Assembly: GCA_965215185.1 (NCBI GenBank)
Contig: OZ244034.1
Location: 128,001 to 192,000 of the forward strand
Direction of reading: 5' to 3'
Origin: Acidimicrobiia bacterium
Lineage (GTDB): Bacteria; Actinomycetota; Acidimicrobiia; Spongiisociales; ZC4RG35
DNA: 64,000 nt
The position numbers and the translations under genes are program-made. Shown one piece after another: positions 18,065 through 26,940 of this stretch. How positions within the stretch are numbered: position 1 is the stretch's first letter; each line of letters opens with the position of its first letter. A model generated the notes under the pieces. The model did not search any database. It had not been told where the DNA came from and was given only the letters and a program-made list of their open reading frames with translations.

Positions 18065-19819
18065 GTGGAAAGTAGACGACTCCGGCTGGTTCGAGCCAAG
18101 AGGATGGCGATCCTGGTCACGTTGGCTCTGGTAGTAGCGGCGTGCGGAGGTGACGACCAGGATTCAGTTGCCACAACCGCAACCGCAGCCCCGGCCCAAG
18201 AGGCCACAACCACGGCGGCGCCGGCGGCGCCGACCACAACCGCTGCCGAAGAGATGGATGAGGAAGAAGCGCCGACTACGACGGCCGCGATGGTCGAGAA
18301 GCCGGTGATCGTGGCGTCCCTGGCTGACACACCCAACCTGATCGAGTTGCACACATTCCGCGCCACGTCCGCTTATGCGGTGACCAATGCGGCCTACGAG
18401 CCTCTGATCAAACAAGTCTTCGAGGAGCAGCCCAATGGGTTGTTGCAGGGGTCGTTCGTCGACCATGTCGGAGCGGGCGCCGAGTCCTTCGACATCCAGG
18501 AAACGGCCGATGGTGGTTTCCTGGCCACCTTCACGATCCGCCAGGGTCAGACCTTTTCTGATGGCACCCCGGTGACCGCCGCCGATTACAAGTACGTGTT
18601 CGACCGTTCGATCGAAGGTCCCGGGTACATAGGCCTGCTGCTTCCATTTGTGGGTATTTCGAGCACCGATCAGATCAGGGCGATCGACGATTACACCTTC
18701 GAGGTGGAGACCACCGTGCAGAGTCCCCTGTTTCACAGGTTCCTCACCTTCCAGGTGTTCGGAGCGATGAACCGGGCAGAGGCTGAGGCAAATGCCACCG
18801 AGGATGATCCATGGGCCTTTGCCTATTACAACGACAAAAGCGGCGGATCGGGACCCTACTACGTAGCCAAGTTCGACCCGGACAACGAAGTCGTGCTCGA
18901 ACCCAATCCCGGCTATTGGAATGCGGAGAATTTGGCAAACGCAGGTGTCATAATAAGGCCGATCCCCGACGCCAATGAGAAGGCGCGCCTGGTTTCGGCC
19001 GGCGATATCGACGTGGCGACCGGGATCCCGCCCAAGCTGCTTGCGGTTCTGCAAGATGATCCGAATGTGAAGATCTGGGCGAGCAAAACCACCGGTGTCC
19101 ACTACCTGGCCATGAACCAGACCATCGCACCGCTCGACAACGTCCATGTGCGCAAAGCCATCGTCAGCACCGTACCCTATCAGGCGCTGATAGACAGTGT
19201 GATGTTCGGTTTCGCGTCGCCTGCGGGAGGGGTCGTGACATCCACCATGGAGACCCATGACTCCTCGATCGGAGGCCAGTTCCAGCAAGACCTGGAGGCG
19301 GCTCGCGGCCATCTGGAAGCATCGGGTGTGGAAGATCTGACTCTGTTGCTGGGGGTACGTGAATCACGCCTTGGCGACCAGGAGGCGGCGGTGTTAATCC
19401 AAGATGCTCTCCGCCAGATCGGAGTCACGGTCGATGTGCAGATTCTGCCCGACGGCGATTTTGCCGGCCGGATAAATGCCAACGAACTGCCGCTGTTCAT
19501 TCATGACTGGTTCTCTTGGGGTGAGGATCCCTTCTACCAGATGAGATTCCTGACCACCTGCGGCCAGTTCGTCAACTACGCGCGTTTTTGCGACGAGGCT
19601 TATGACGCTCTTGTCCAGGAAGGCACATTCACCACCGATCCGGCGGTTCGCGGCGACGTCTCTTCCCAGGCGCAGCAGATCTTCTTGGATCAGGCGGTGT
19701 GGGCGCCGCTTTGGTCCTCAGATCGGACTACCGTCACCCACAAATGCGTTACCGGCGTAGTGCAGGATTACACGCGGATACCGGTCTTCACCGAGATGTC
19801 GAAGGTCCCGGACTGCTGA
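18065..19819 (+). CDS. ABC transporter substrate-binding lipoprotein, family 5 (Dpp/Opp-like)
   Basis: Lipobox LVVAAC, TTAAP linker, FSDGTPVTAAD, GSGPY, PNPGYW and VRKAI. AAGGAGG RBS. Confidence 0.92.
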   Translation: MESRRLRLVRAKRMAILVTLALVVAACGGDDQDSVATTATAAPAQEATTTAAPAAPTTTAAEEMDEEEAPTTTAAMVEKPVIVASLADTPNLIELHTFRATSAYAVTNAAYEPLIKQVFEEQPNGLLQGSFVDHVGAGAESFDIQETADGGFLATFTIRQGQTFSDGTPVTAADYKYVFDRSIEGPGYIGLLLPFVGISSTDQIRAIDDYTFEVETTVQSPLFHRFLTFQVFGAMNRAEAEANATEDDPWAFAYYNDKSGGSGPYYVAKFDPDNEVVLEPNPGYWNAENLANAGVIIRPIPDANEKARLVSAGDIDVATGIPPKLLAVLQDDPNVKIWASKTTGVHYLAMNQTIAPLDNVHVRKAIVSTVPYQALIDSVMFGFASPAGGVVTSTMETHDSSIGGQFQQDLEAARGHLEASGVEDLTLLLGVRESRLGDQEAAVLIQDALRQIGVTVDVQILPDGDFAGRINANELPLFIHDWFSWGEDPFYQMRFLTTCGQFVNYARFCDEAYDALVQEGTFTTDPAVRGDVSSQAQQIFLDQAVWAPLWSSDRTTVTHKCVTGVVQDYTRIPVFTEMSKVPDC

Positions 19820-19828
19820 GCGAAAAAA

Positions 19829-19866
19829 GGAAGGGCGGGGGCGGCCAGGCCGGTCCCGCCCTCCCT
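19829..19866 (+). other. Intercistronic stem-loop after the binding-protein gene
   Basis: ggaagggcggg...cccgccctccc inverted repeat. This position is typical of mRNA-stabilising or attenuating hairpins in ABC operons. Confidence 0.55.
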
Positions 19867-19875
19867 CAGTAGGGA

Positions 19876-20913
19876 ATGTCCTTTCGGATGTGGAGATATC
19901 TCGGAAGAAGATTGCTGGTGTCGGTAGCCACCGTGGCCGGCATAGTGGTAGTGGTGTTTTTCATTATGCGGGTACTGCCCGGCGACGCCGCGGCGGTACG
20001 AGCCGGGCCCTATGCCTCCGAGGAGAAGCTTGAACAGATAAGGGAACAGTTCGGCTTCAGTGATCCGATGCCGGTGCAGTTCGTCAACTATGTGCGGGAT
20101 GTGGTCGGTGGTGACCTGGGAACCTCGATCAGAACGGGTGGAAAGGTCACCGAAGAACTCCTTACCCGCCTGCCCGCTTCCCTAGAGCTTGCCTTCTATT
20201 CGGTGCTTCTGGCGGTGGTGGTCGGCGTCCCGATTGGCGTTACGGCAGCTTCCCGGCGGGACACCGGGATCGACAGGGCGGCGCGGGTGATTGCGGTTCT
20301 CGGATCGTCCATGGCGTTTTTCTGGCTGGGGCTGATGCTGACTTTCGTGTTCTTCTTCAAGCTCGGCTGGTTTCCAGGTCCGGTTGGAAGGCTGGCCATC
20401 ACTACGCAATCACCAGATCCCATCACCGGCTTCTTCACCTTCGACGCGGCTCTGGCTGGGAATTGGGGTCTCATGTGGGAGGCCTTTCGGTACCTTGCCC
20501 TTCCCGCTGTGACCGTGGGTTTCATACTGTCGGCGCCCATCCTCAAGATCGTTCGCTCCTCGATGATCGAAGTCCTCGACAGCGAATACGTCCGCACGGC
20601 CCGAGCCTTGGGGGTCCCCAGGCGTCAGGTTCTGTTTCGAGACGGCTTCCGTAACGCCTTGGTTCCGGTGACGACCGCCATCGGCATCGTCTTCGGATAC
20701 ATGCTGGGCGGCAACATCATCGTCGAGTTGATCTTCGCCTGGCCGGGCGTCGGTCGATACGCATATGAGGCATTGCGGGTCAGTGACCTGGAGGCCCTCC
20801 AAGGATTCGTGATTGTGGTCGGGTTGCTGTATATCGTTCTCAACGTTTTGATCGACTTCGTTTACAGCTGGATCGACCCCCGCATCAAGTTGGGGCAGAA
20901 AGTGGTGGCGTGA
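19876..20913 (+). CDS. dppB: Dpp/Opp-type ABC permease (B subunit)
   Basis: LPGDAA, GDLGTS, RLPASLEL, EAA loop YVRTARALG and IVELIFAWPGVG. Confidence 0.88.
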   Translation: MSFRMWRYLGRRLLVSVATVAGIVVVVFFIMRVLPGDAAAVRAGPYASEEKLEQIREQFGFSDPMPVQFVNYVRDVVGGDLGTSIRTGGKVTEELLTRLPASLELAFYSVLLAVVVGVPIGVTAASRRDTGIDRAARVIAVLGSSMAFFWLGLMLTFVFFFKLGWFPGPVGRLAITTQSPDPITGFFTFDAALAGNWGLMWEAFRYLALPAVTVGFILSAPILKIVRSSMIEVLDSEYVRTARALGVPRRQVLFRDGFRNALVPVTTAIGIVFGYMLGGNIIVELIFAWPGVGRYAYEALRVSDLEALQGFVIVVGLLYIVLNVLIDFVYSWIDPRIKLGQKVVA

Positions 20914-21791
20914 CTTCGATGTCCAACGCATCCAATTCCACTGGTTCGCCATTCGTTCCGCCTCGGATCGATACCCGCGAAAGACCCCTTCCCCTGGCCT
21001 CCCGCAAGCCCCTGGCGGTGGTGGGGATGATCATTTTGGCCATCTACATTTTGCTGGCCGCCGTAGGCCCCTTCTTCGTGGCGGACCCGGTGTCGACCAA
21101 TCCGACGGAAGCGCTGCTTTCTCCCTCCCTGGATCACTTTATGGGAACTGACAACTTCGGCCGCGATGTCTTTGCCAGGGCCGTTCACAGCGCGCGACTC
21201 GATCTGACCTTGGGTGTTGTTATAGCCATCTGCGCGATGGTGATCGGGTCGGCGATCGGGGTGGTGGCCGGTTACTGGGGAGGCGCCATTGATGAGACGT
21301 TGATGCGGTTCACCGACATCGTGCTGGCTTTCCCCGGCTTCGTGCTCGCCCTGATCCTGGTGGCGGTACTCGGTAACAGCACCCTCAACGTCGGCATAGC
21401 AGTGACCGCGGCATTCGTACCTTATTTCATCCGCCTCACCAGGGCTCAGGCCCTTTCCGAGCGGGGACTCGAATATGTGGACGGCGCCAAATTGGCAGGA
21501 AACCGTTCGGGACGAGTGGCCTTTGTCCATGTCCTGCCCAACTCGCTCCAGCCATCTTTGGTGACAGCCACTCTGGTGGCCGGCTGGGCGATCCTTACGG
21601 TGTCAGGGTTGGCTTTCCTGGGAGTGGGGATCAAACCTCCCACTGCCGAATGGGGTGTGATGGTAAGCGAAGGCGCCCGGGATATCGATGCCGGACACTG
21701 GTGGACTTCACTATTTCCGGGCGGGATGATCGTCCTGGCGGCTATGGCCTTCCACTTCATCGGTGATGAGTTCGGAGGCCGGGAGGCATGA
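20910..21791 (+). CDS. dppC: Dpp/Opp-type ABC permease (C subunit)
   Basis: HFMGTDNFGRD, HVLPN and LAFLGVG..PPTAEWG. Confidence 0.88.
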   Translation: MTSMSNASNSTGSPFVPPRIDTRERPLPLASRKPLAVVGMIILAIYILLAAVGPFFVADPVSTNPTEALLSPSLDHFMGTDNFGRDVFARAVHSARLDLTLGVVIAICAMVIGSAIGVVAGYWGGAIDETLMRFTDIVLAFPGFVLALILVAVLGNSTLNVGIAVTAAFVPYFIRLTRAQALSERGLEYVDGAKLAGNRSGRVAFVHVLPNSLQPSLVTATLVAGWAILTVSGLAFLGVGIKPPTAEWGVMVSEGARDIDAGHWWTSLFPGGMIVLAAMAFHFIGDEFGGREA

Positions 21792-22741
21792 GTCTGCTGG
21801 AGGTGGATGGGCTAACGGTGGGATTGGACCGTAGCCCGACATCGATCCTGGCCAATGTTTCCTTCAACGTACCGGCGGGCCAGATCGTTGGATTGGTGGG
21901 CGAGTCGGGTTCCGGTAAGACCATGGCCGCTTTAACCATGATGGGCCTCCTCCCCGATGGGATAGGGGTGCGGTCTGGCAGCATCCGTGTCGACAACCGC
22001 CAACTCATGGACCCCGACACGATGACGGTGAGGCGCCGAGCCGGCGACATGGCCATGATCTTCCAACATCCTCAAGCTGCTCTGAATCCGACCATGAAAG
22101 TTGGTCGTCAGATCGCCCGCGTGTTTTCCTTGCATCAAAGCTGTGGCCGCGGCGAGGCGATGTCGCAGAGCATCGAGATACTGGGCCGGGTGGGCATTTC
22201 CGGGGCGGGGCGGGTCGCGCAAGCCTATCCCCATCAGCTATCGGGTGGTATGTGCCAGCGGGTCATGATTGCCATGGCCCTTGCCTGCCGGCCCCGTATC
22301 CTGGTCGCCGACGAACCCACCACCGCGCTGGACGTGACCATCCAGGCCCAGATCTTCGATCTCATCAGGGACCTGGTGGCAGAAACAGGGGCAGGTGTCC
22401 TGTTCATAACCCATGACTTGGCGGCGGTGGCCGAGATGTGCGACACAGTCACTGTTCTGTTCGGAGGTCAAGTCATGGAGGAGGGATTCAGGGATGACGT
22501 TTTCCGGCGCCCTCGACACCCTTACACCAACTACCTGCTTGATTCGGTTCTAAAGGAGGTGGATCCCCAGGTCATCGAAGCTGGTGTCGATTTCGGGCTG
22601 GTCGGGTGTCGTTTCGGCCATCGGTGCCGCTACGCGTGGGAGGCGTGCGGTAAGGTGCCGGAGCTGGTAACCGTGGGCGAGGGCCACCGCTCCGCTTGCT
22701 TTCTGCACACTGTGGAGGAAAACGGTGCCGGCGCTTCTTGA
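21788..22741 (+). CDS. dppD: Dpp/Opp-type ABC ATPase (D subunit)
   Basis: GESGSGKT, YPHQLSGGMCQR, ADEPTTALD, HPYT and a C-terminal Cys cluster. Confidence 0.9.
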   Translation: MSLLEVDGLTVGLDRSPTSILANVSFNVPAGQIVGLVGESGSGKTMAALTMMGLLPDGIGVRSGSIRVDNRQLMDPDTMTVRRRAGDMAMIFQHPQAALNPTMKVGRQIARVFSLHQSCGRGEAMSQSIEILGRVGISGAGRVAQAYPHQLSGGMCQRVMIAMALACRPRILVADEPTTALDVTIQAQIFDLIRDLVAETGAGVLFITHDLAAVAEMCDTVTVLFGGQVMEEGFRDDVFRRPRHPYTNYLLDSVLKEVDPQVIEAGVDFGLVGCRFGHRCRYAWEACGKVPELVTVGEGHRSACFLHTVEENGAGAS

Positions 22742-23678
22742 GGTAAGAGGGCTCCGCAAAACGTTCGGCCGTGGGCGTGGCGCCCTACCAGCGGTCCGTG
22801 GGGTGGATCTGGATGTGGAGCGAGGGGAGACTGTGGGGGTGGTGGGCGAATCCGGTTGCGGCAAGACTACGCTGGCCAGGATGGTGGCAGGCCTTACCCG
22901 GGCCACCGACGGCCTTATCCGCTTCGATGGATCGGTTCTGGATGGACATTCGGCATCGATGGAGAACCGACAGCGGATCCAGATGGTGTTTCAACATCCG
23001 GCGCAGTCGCTGAACCGCCGCATGTCGGTTGGCGCGATGCTGGCCGAGCCCCTTCGACTCTTGGCCGGAGTTCCCAAATCAGAGACAACCCATCGCATCG
23101 AGGAGATGCTGCAATTGGTGGGTCTGGATGCAGCCTTTCGGAACCGCCGCCCGCGACAACTCTCCGGAGGCCAACAACAGCGGGTGGCGATCGCCCGCGC
23201 CCTGATGCCCGATCCCGATCTGGTGGTGCTCGACGAGCCCACCTCGAGTCTGGACCAGTCGCTGCGGGGTCGCATCATCGCTCTGCTCCGCGGGATTCAG
23301 GAGATCAGGGGAGTGTCCTATTTGCTCATCAGCCACGATCTGGGCACTGTCCGCCGGATCGCCGACCGGGTGGCGGTGATGTATTTGGGCAGGATTGTGG
23401 AGGTCGCCGGGACCCGGGAACTCTTCGAGGACCCTCGTCATCCTTACACCAAGGCACTGTTGTCGGTGGCACCCACCATGGACTTGGACAAGGTGCGAGA
23501 CAGGATCACCCTCGAAGGGGAGACTCCTAGTCCCACCGACCTGCCGACTGGCTGTTCCTTCCAAGATCGGTGCCCGTTGGTGTTCGATCGCTGCCGGCAT
23601 GAGTCTCCGGTTCTGACTTCGGTGGCCAGCTATCGTAAGGTGGAATGCTTCGCCGCCGGACCCGAATCCGACTCCTGA
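22725..23678 (+). CDS. dppF: Dpp/Opp-type ABC ATPase (F subunit)
   Basis: [27 protein letters not shown] and GCSF..RCP. Confidence 0.9.
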   Translation: MPALLEVRGLRKTFGRGRGALPAVRGVDLDVERGETVGVVGESGCGKTTLARMVAGLTRATDGLIRFDGSVLDGHSASMENRQRIQMVFQHPAQSLNRRMSVGAMLAEPLRLLAGVPKSETTHRIEEMLQLVGLDAAFRNRRPRQLSGGQQQRVAIARALMPDPDLVVLDEPTSSLDQSLRGRIIALLRGIQEIRGVSYLLISHDLGTVRRIADRVAVMYLGRIVEVAGTRELFEDPRHPYTKALLSVAPTMDLDKVRDRITLEGETPSPTDLPTGCSFQDRCPLVFDRCRHESPVLTSVASYRKVECFAAGPESDS

Positions 23679-23697
23679 TGCTGGGAAGGATTCGCTC

Positions 23698-24699
23698 GTG
23701 ACCCAAGACAGAGCGATCGGGCTGGTGCTGGGCAGTGCTATAGCGCCCTCGGACCTGGCTGCGGCCGCGCGAACGGCAGAGCAGGGGGGCTTTGACGAAA
23801 TATGGCTTGCGGAGGACTTCTTCTTTACCGGCGGCATCTCCGGCGCTTCGCTGGTGCTTTCGGCCACCGAACGGACCGTGGTGGGGCTCGGTGTGGTGTC
23901 GGCAATGGTAAGGCACCCGGCCCTCCTTGCTATGGAGATCTCGACGATCTCGGCCGGGTATCCAGGGCGGTTGACTGCCGGTGTCGGACTCGGCGTGCCC
24001 GGATGGATACGCCAGATGGGCCTGCATCCCCGCTCCCCGCTAACTGCGATGCGGGAGAGCGTTTCGTCGGTCAGACGGCTGCTGGCGGGAGAAACACTCG
24101 ATGGGAATGGCAAGGTGTTCGATTTCCACGATGTGACGCTCACCTATCCCGAAACGGGAGTCCCCACCCCGATCCACATGGGCGTGACCGGTCCGAAGAT
24201 GCTCCGCCTGTCAGGGGAGATCGCGGACGGTACGGTGCTCTCTGTGGCTGCCAGTCACGAGTACGTGCAATGGGCCAGGGAACGGATCGATGAGGGACGG
24301 CGGTTGGGGGGACGGTCCGGGCCACATCGGATAACCCTCTTCGCCATATATTCGGTGGCCGACGATCCCCAACAAGCCCGCAGAGCGGTTCGCGGTCCCC
24401 TCTCGTTCTACAAGTCGTTGGGCGCCAATGCTCTGACCGACGTGTACGGGAATTCCGAACAACTCCGCAGCCTCATTGACAGCGGTGGCTATGAAGCGGT
24501 GCGCCAGGGGATGCCCGACCAGTGGATTGAGGATCTCACCATCGCCGGCTCACCGCAGGAGGTAGCCGCCAAGATCGAGAGTTTCTACGAGATCGGCGCC
24601 GACTGCGTAGCGCTCTTCCCAATGCCCAGTGACCAGGTCGGCCGCATGGTGGAATTGACCGCCGAGCAGGTCCTACCCCTGTTGAGAACCCGCGGCTGA
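23698..24699 (+). CDS. LLM-class oxidoreductase (Mer-like, probably F420-dependent)
   Basis: GFDEIWLAED, RHPALLAME, GPKMLRLSGEIADG and IAGSP. Confidence 0.88.
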   Translation: MTQDRAIGLVLGSAIAPSDLAAAARTAEQGGFDEIWLAEDFFFTGGISGASLVLSATERTVVGLGVVSAMVRHPALLAMEISTISAGYPGRLTAGVGLGVPGWIRQMGLHPRSPLTAMRESVSSVRRLLAGETLDGNGKVFDFHDVTLTYPETGVPTPIHMGVTGPKMLRLSGEIADGTVLSVAASHEYVQWARERIDEGRRLGGRSGPHRITLFAIYSVADDPQQARRAVRGPLSFYKSLGANALTDVYGNSEQLRSLIDSGGYEAVRQGMPDQWIEDLTIAGSPQEVAAKIESFYEIGADCVALFPMPSDQVGRMVELTAEQVLPLLRTRG

Positions 24700-24749
24700 A
24701 CCGCTGGCGGTTAGCCGAAAGCGCGGCGGCTTAACACGAGTTGCCTGGA

Positions 24750-25310
24750 TCAGTCCAACTCGTTGATCGTTACCGAGTTGATCGTCACGTCGGTCAGCGG
24801 CCGGTCGTTGCGGCCGGTCGCCACATTTTGCATGGCGTCCACCACGTCCAGTCCTTTCACCACTTTGCCGAACAGCGAATATTGCGGCGGGAGTCGGCGG
24901 CCGTTGGGCCCGCTGATGATGAAGAACTGGCTCCCGTTAGTGTTTGGCCCGGCGTTGGCCATGGCCAGCGAGCCAAGTTCGTAGCGTCCCGGCTTGGGCA
25001 ACTCGTCGGCAAAGCGGTACCCAGGACCACCCCGCCCCGTGCCGGTGGGATCGCCGCCCTGGCAGACGAAACCTTTGATGATGCGATGGAAGATCACACC
25101 GTCGTAGTAGTGGTAGCGGGCCAGCACTACGAAGTTGTTCACGGTGCGGGGAGCGGAGATCGCATCCAAAGCGATGGTGATTGTGCCCATTGACGTCTCC
25201 ATCACCGCGGTGTAGGACTTGGCCGCATCGATACAAATGGGGGGCGGTTTGGGGAATTCGCGGCGGACAGGACTGGATCCGTCCTCGGCGGGGCAAGGGG
25301 TGTCGGCCAC
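24750..25310 (-). CDS. Cyclophilin-type peptidyl-prolyl cis-trans isomerase
   Basis: FHRIIKGFVCQGGDPTGTGRGGPGY and AMANAGPNTNGSQFF. GTG start 25310 follows AAGGAG. Confidence 0.95.
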   Translation of the reverse strand: MADTPCPAEDGSSPVRREFPKPPPICIDAAKSYTAVMETSMGTITIALDAISAPRTVNNFVVLARYHYYDGVIFHRIIKGFVCQGGDPTGTGRGGPGYRFADELPKPGRYELGSLAMANAGPNTNGSQFFIISGPNGRRLPPQYSLFGKVVKGLDVVDAMQNVATGRNDRPLTDVTINSVTINELD

Positions 25311-25593
25311 TGGAGGCTCCTTTACTGCTGAATCTTCGGATTGGAGGGACGGGCTAACCCTAATCACGCCCCCTACGTGCAGGGGCATGTTGGAGGGATC
25401 CGCTCCCGGTGGGCAGTGCGCGGCGGCGATCAGGCCGCGGGCGACGCTGAGGTAGTCTCGTCATCTCTCGCCATATGTCTCCCGGATAAGCGGCTCCTTG
25501 GAGGCGACCCTGCGTAGGGCCTCCATCCGCGACTTGGATGGTTGCCTCGCCTACTCTGGAGACGGTCGACACCGAGTGTCAGGGGTGATCAAC

Positions 25594-26940
25594 TTAGTCG
25601 GTCCTCGCTGCGGCGAGAACGTCGAAGGACGATGTGATGGCCTGGCGAAGTTCGTCGAGTTGAGTGTCTCCCATCGCCGTTGAGAGCGCCACTATCACTC
25701 GCGACGGTGCGGTGAAGACGCCGCGTTCCATAAGGAGGTAAAACAGGGCGGTCAGCGGCTCCATCTTCCGCGTCTTGGCCTGCCGGTAGCTGGTTGGCAG
25801 GTCTGATCCCACATGTAGCTGCAGAAGGCTCCCGTAGCCGCCAGCTATGAGCGGCAGCCCGAGCCGGGGGCACTCTTCGTTGATCCACGCCCGCAGGTGG
25901 TCGCCGTTGGCGTTGAGCCGGTCGATGGCTGCGGGGGTGAGGTTGCGCAAGGCGTGGACACCTGCGGCCATGGTCAGGGGATTGGCGTTGAAGGTGCCGC
26001 TCTGGGTCATCACCTGGTTGCCTCGGGGGTCGGTCATCGACATCAGTTCCTCCGAGCCTCCGAAGGCGCCGACCGGGAGGCCTCCGCCGATCAGCTTGCC
26101 GAGGACGGTGAGATCAGGGGTGAGGCCGAGGGTTTGCTGGATGCCGCCGTAGGCGTACCGCAGGGTCTGGATCTCGTCGAGGATCACCAGCGTCCCTGTG
26201 TCGGCGGCCGCCTTGGAGATAGCCTCCAGATAGCCGTCCGGCGGCCTGAGGCCGCCACCGAAACCCTGGATAGGTTCGACGATGAGCGCCGCCGACGTGC
26301 GACCGTGCTCTCCGATTAACCGGACGGCCTCGTCGTTGTCGTCGAACGGGATCACGTGCGTTGCGGTGGCCACGCTTTCGGGGACTCCTTCCTCCGGCAG
26401 TGCCGCCGGCTGGTCGAGGCCCAAGCGCTTCACGCTGACTTGCACGGACTCGTTTCCTCCGTGATATCCGCCCTCCACCTTGATCACGTCGGCGCGTCCG
26501 GTGGCATGCCGGGCGAGGCGGATGGCGTACAGGACCGCCTCGCTGCCAGAGTTGGTGAACCGCACCTTCTCCATGCTGTTCACCCTGGCAGTGATCTCCT
26601 CGGCCAACTCAATCTCCGACGGCGACGGCGCGGCGTAGGCCGTGCCGCGGGCTGCCTGCTCCGCGATTACCCGCACGGTCTCGGCGTCGGGGTGACCATG
26701 GATCAGGCTCGTGTAGTTGTTGACGACATCAAGGTAGCGATGGCCGTCGAGATCGTGGAGGTAGGGACCCTCGGCATGATCGATATAAAAAGGAAACGGC
26801 TCGAAATACAGTTGGGTACGCGAGTTGCCGCCCGGCATGACCGCCAGCGCGCGTGTAAAGGCGGCCTCCGACCGCGAATTCCTGGCGGCGTAGGCCGTCT
26901 TCAGGTCGGCGATCAACGAATCCAGTCCGGTCACATTCAC
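25594..26940 (-). CDS. Class III aminotransferase (GSA-aminomutase-like, beta-amino acid transaminase type)
   Basis: MPGGNSR, FTNSGSEA, GYHG, LDEIQ, GKLIGGG and SGTFNANP. Confidence 0.88.
   Translation of the reverse strand: MNVTGLDSLIADLKTAYAARNSRSEAAFTRALAVMPGGNSRTQLYFEPFPFYIDHAEGPYLHDLDGHRYLDVVNNYTSLIHGHPDAETVRVIAEQAARGTAYAAPSPSEIELAEEITARVNSMEKVRFTNSGSEAVLYAIRLARHATGRADVIKVEGGYHGGNESVQVSVKRLGLDQPAALPEEGVPESVATATHVIPFDDNDEAVRLIGEHGRTSAALIVEPIQGFGGGLRPPDGYLEAISKAAADTGTLVILDEIQTLRYAYGGIQQTLGLTPDLTVLGKLIGGGLPVGAFGGSEELMSMTDPRGNQVMTQSGTFNANPLTMAAGVHALRNLTPAAIDRLNANGDHLRAWINEECPRLGLPLIAGGYGSLLQLHVGSDLPTSYRQAKTRKMEPLTALFYLLMERGVFTAPSRVIVALSTAMGDTQLDELRQAITSSFDVLAAARTD

Noticed and set aside
25594-26940. 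hemL call for this gene and 52447-53739
   Set aside because: The PGGVNSPVR signature is missing and there is no tetrapyrrole gene context.
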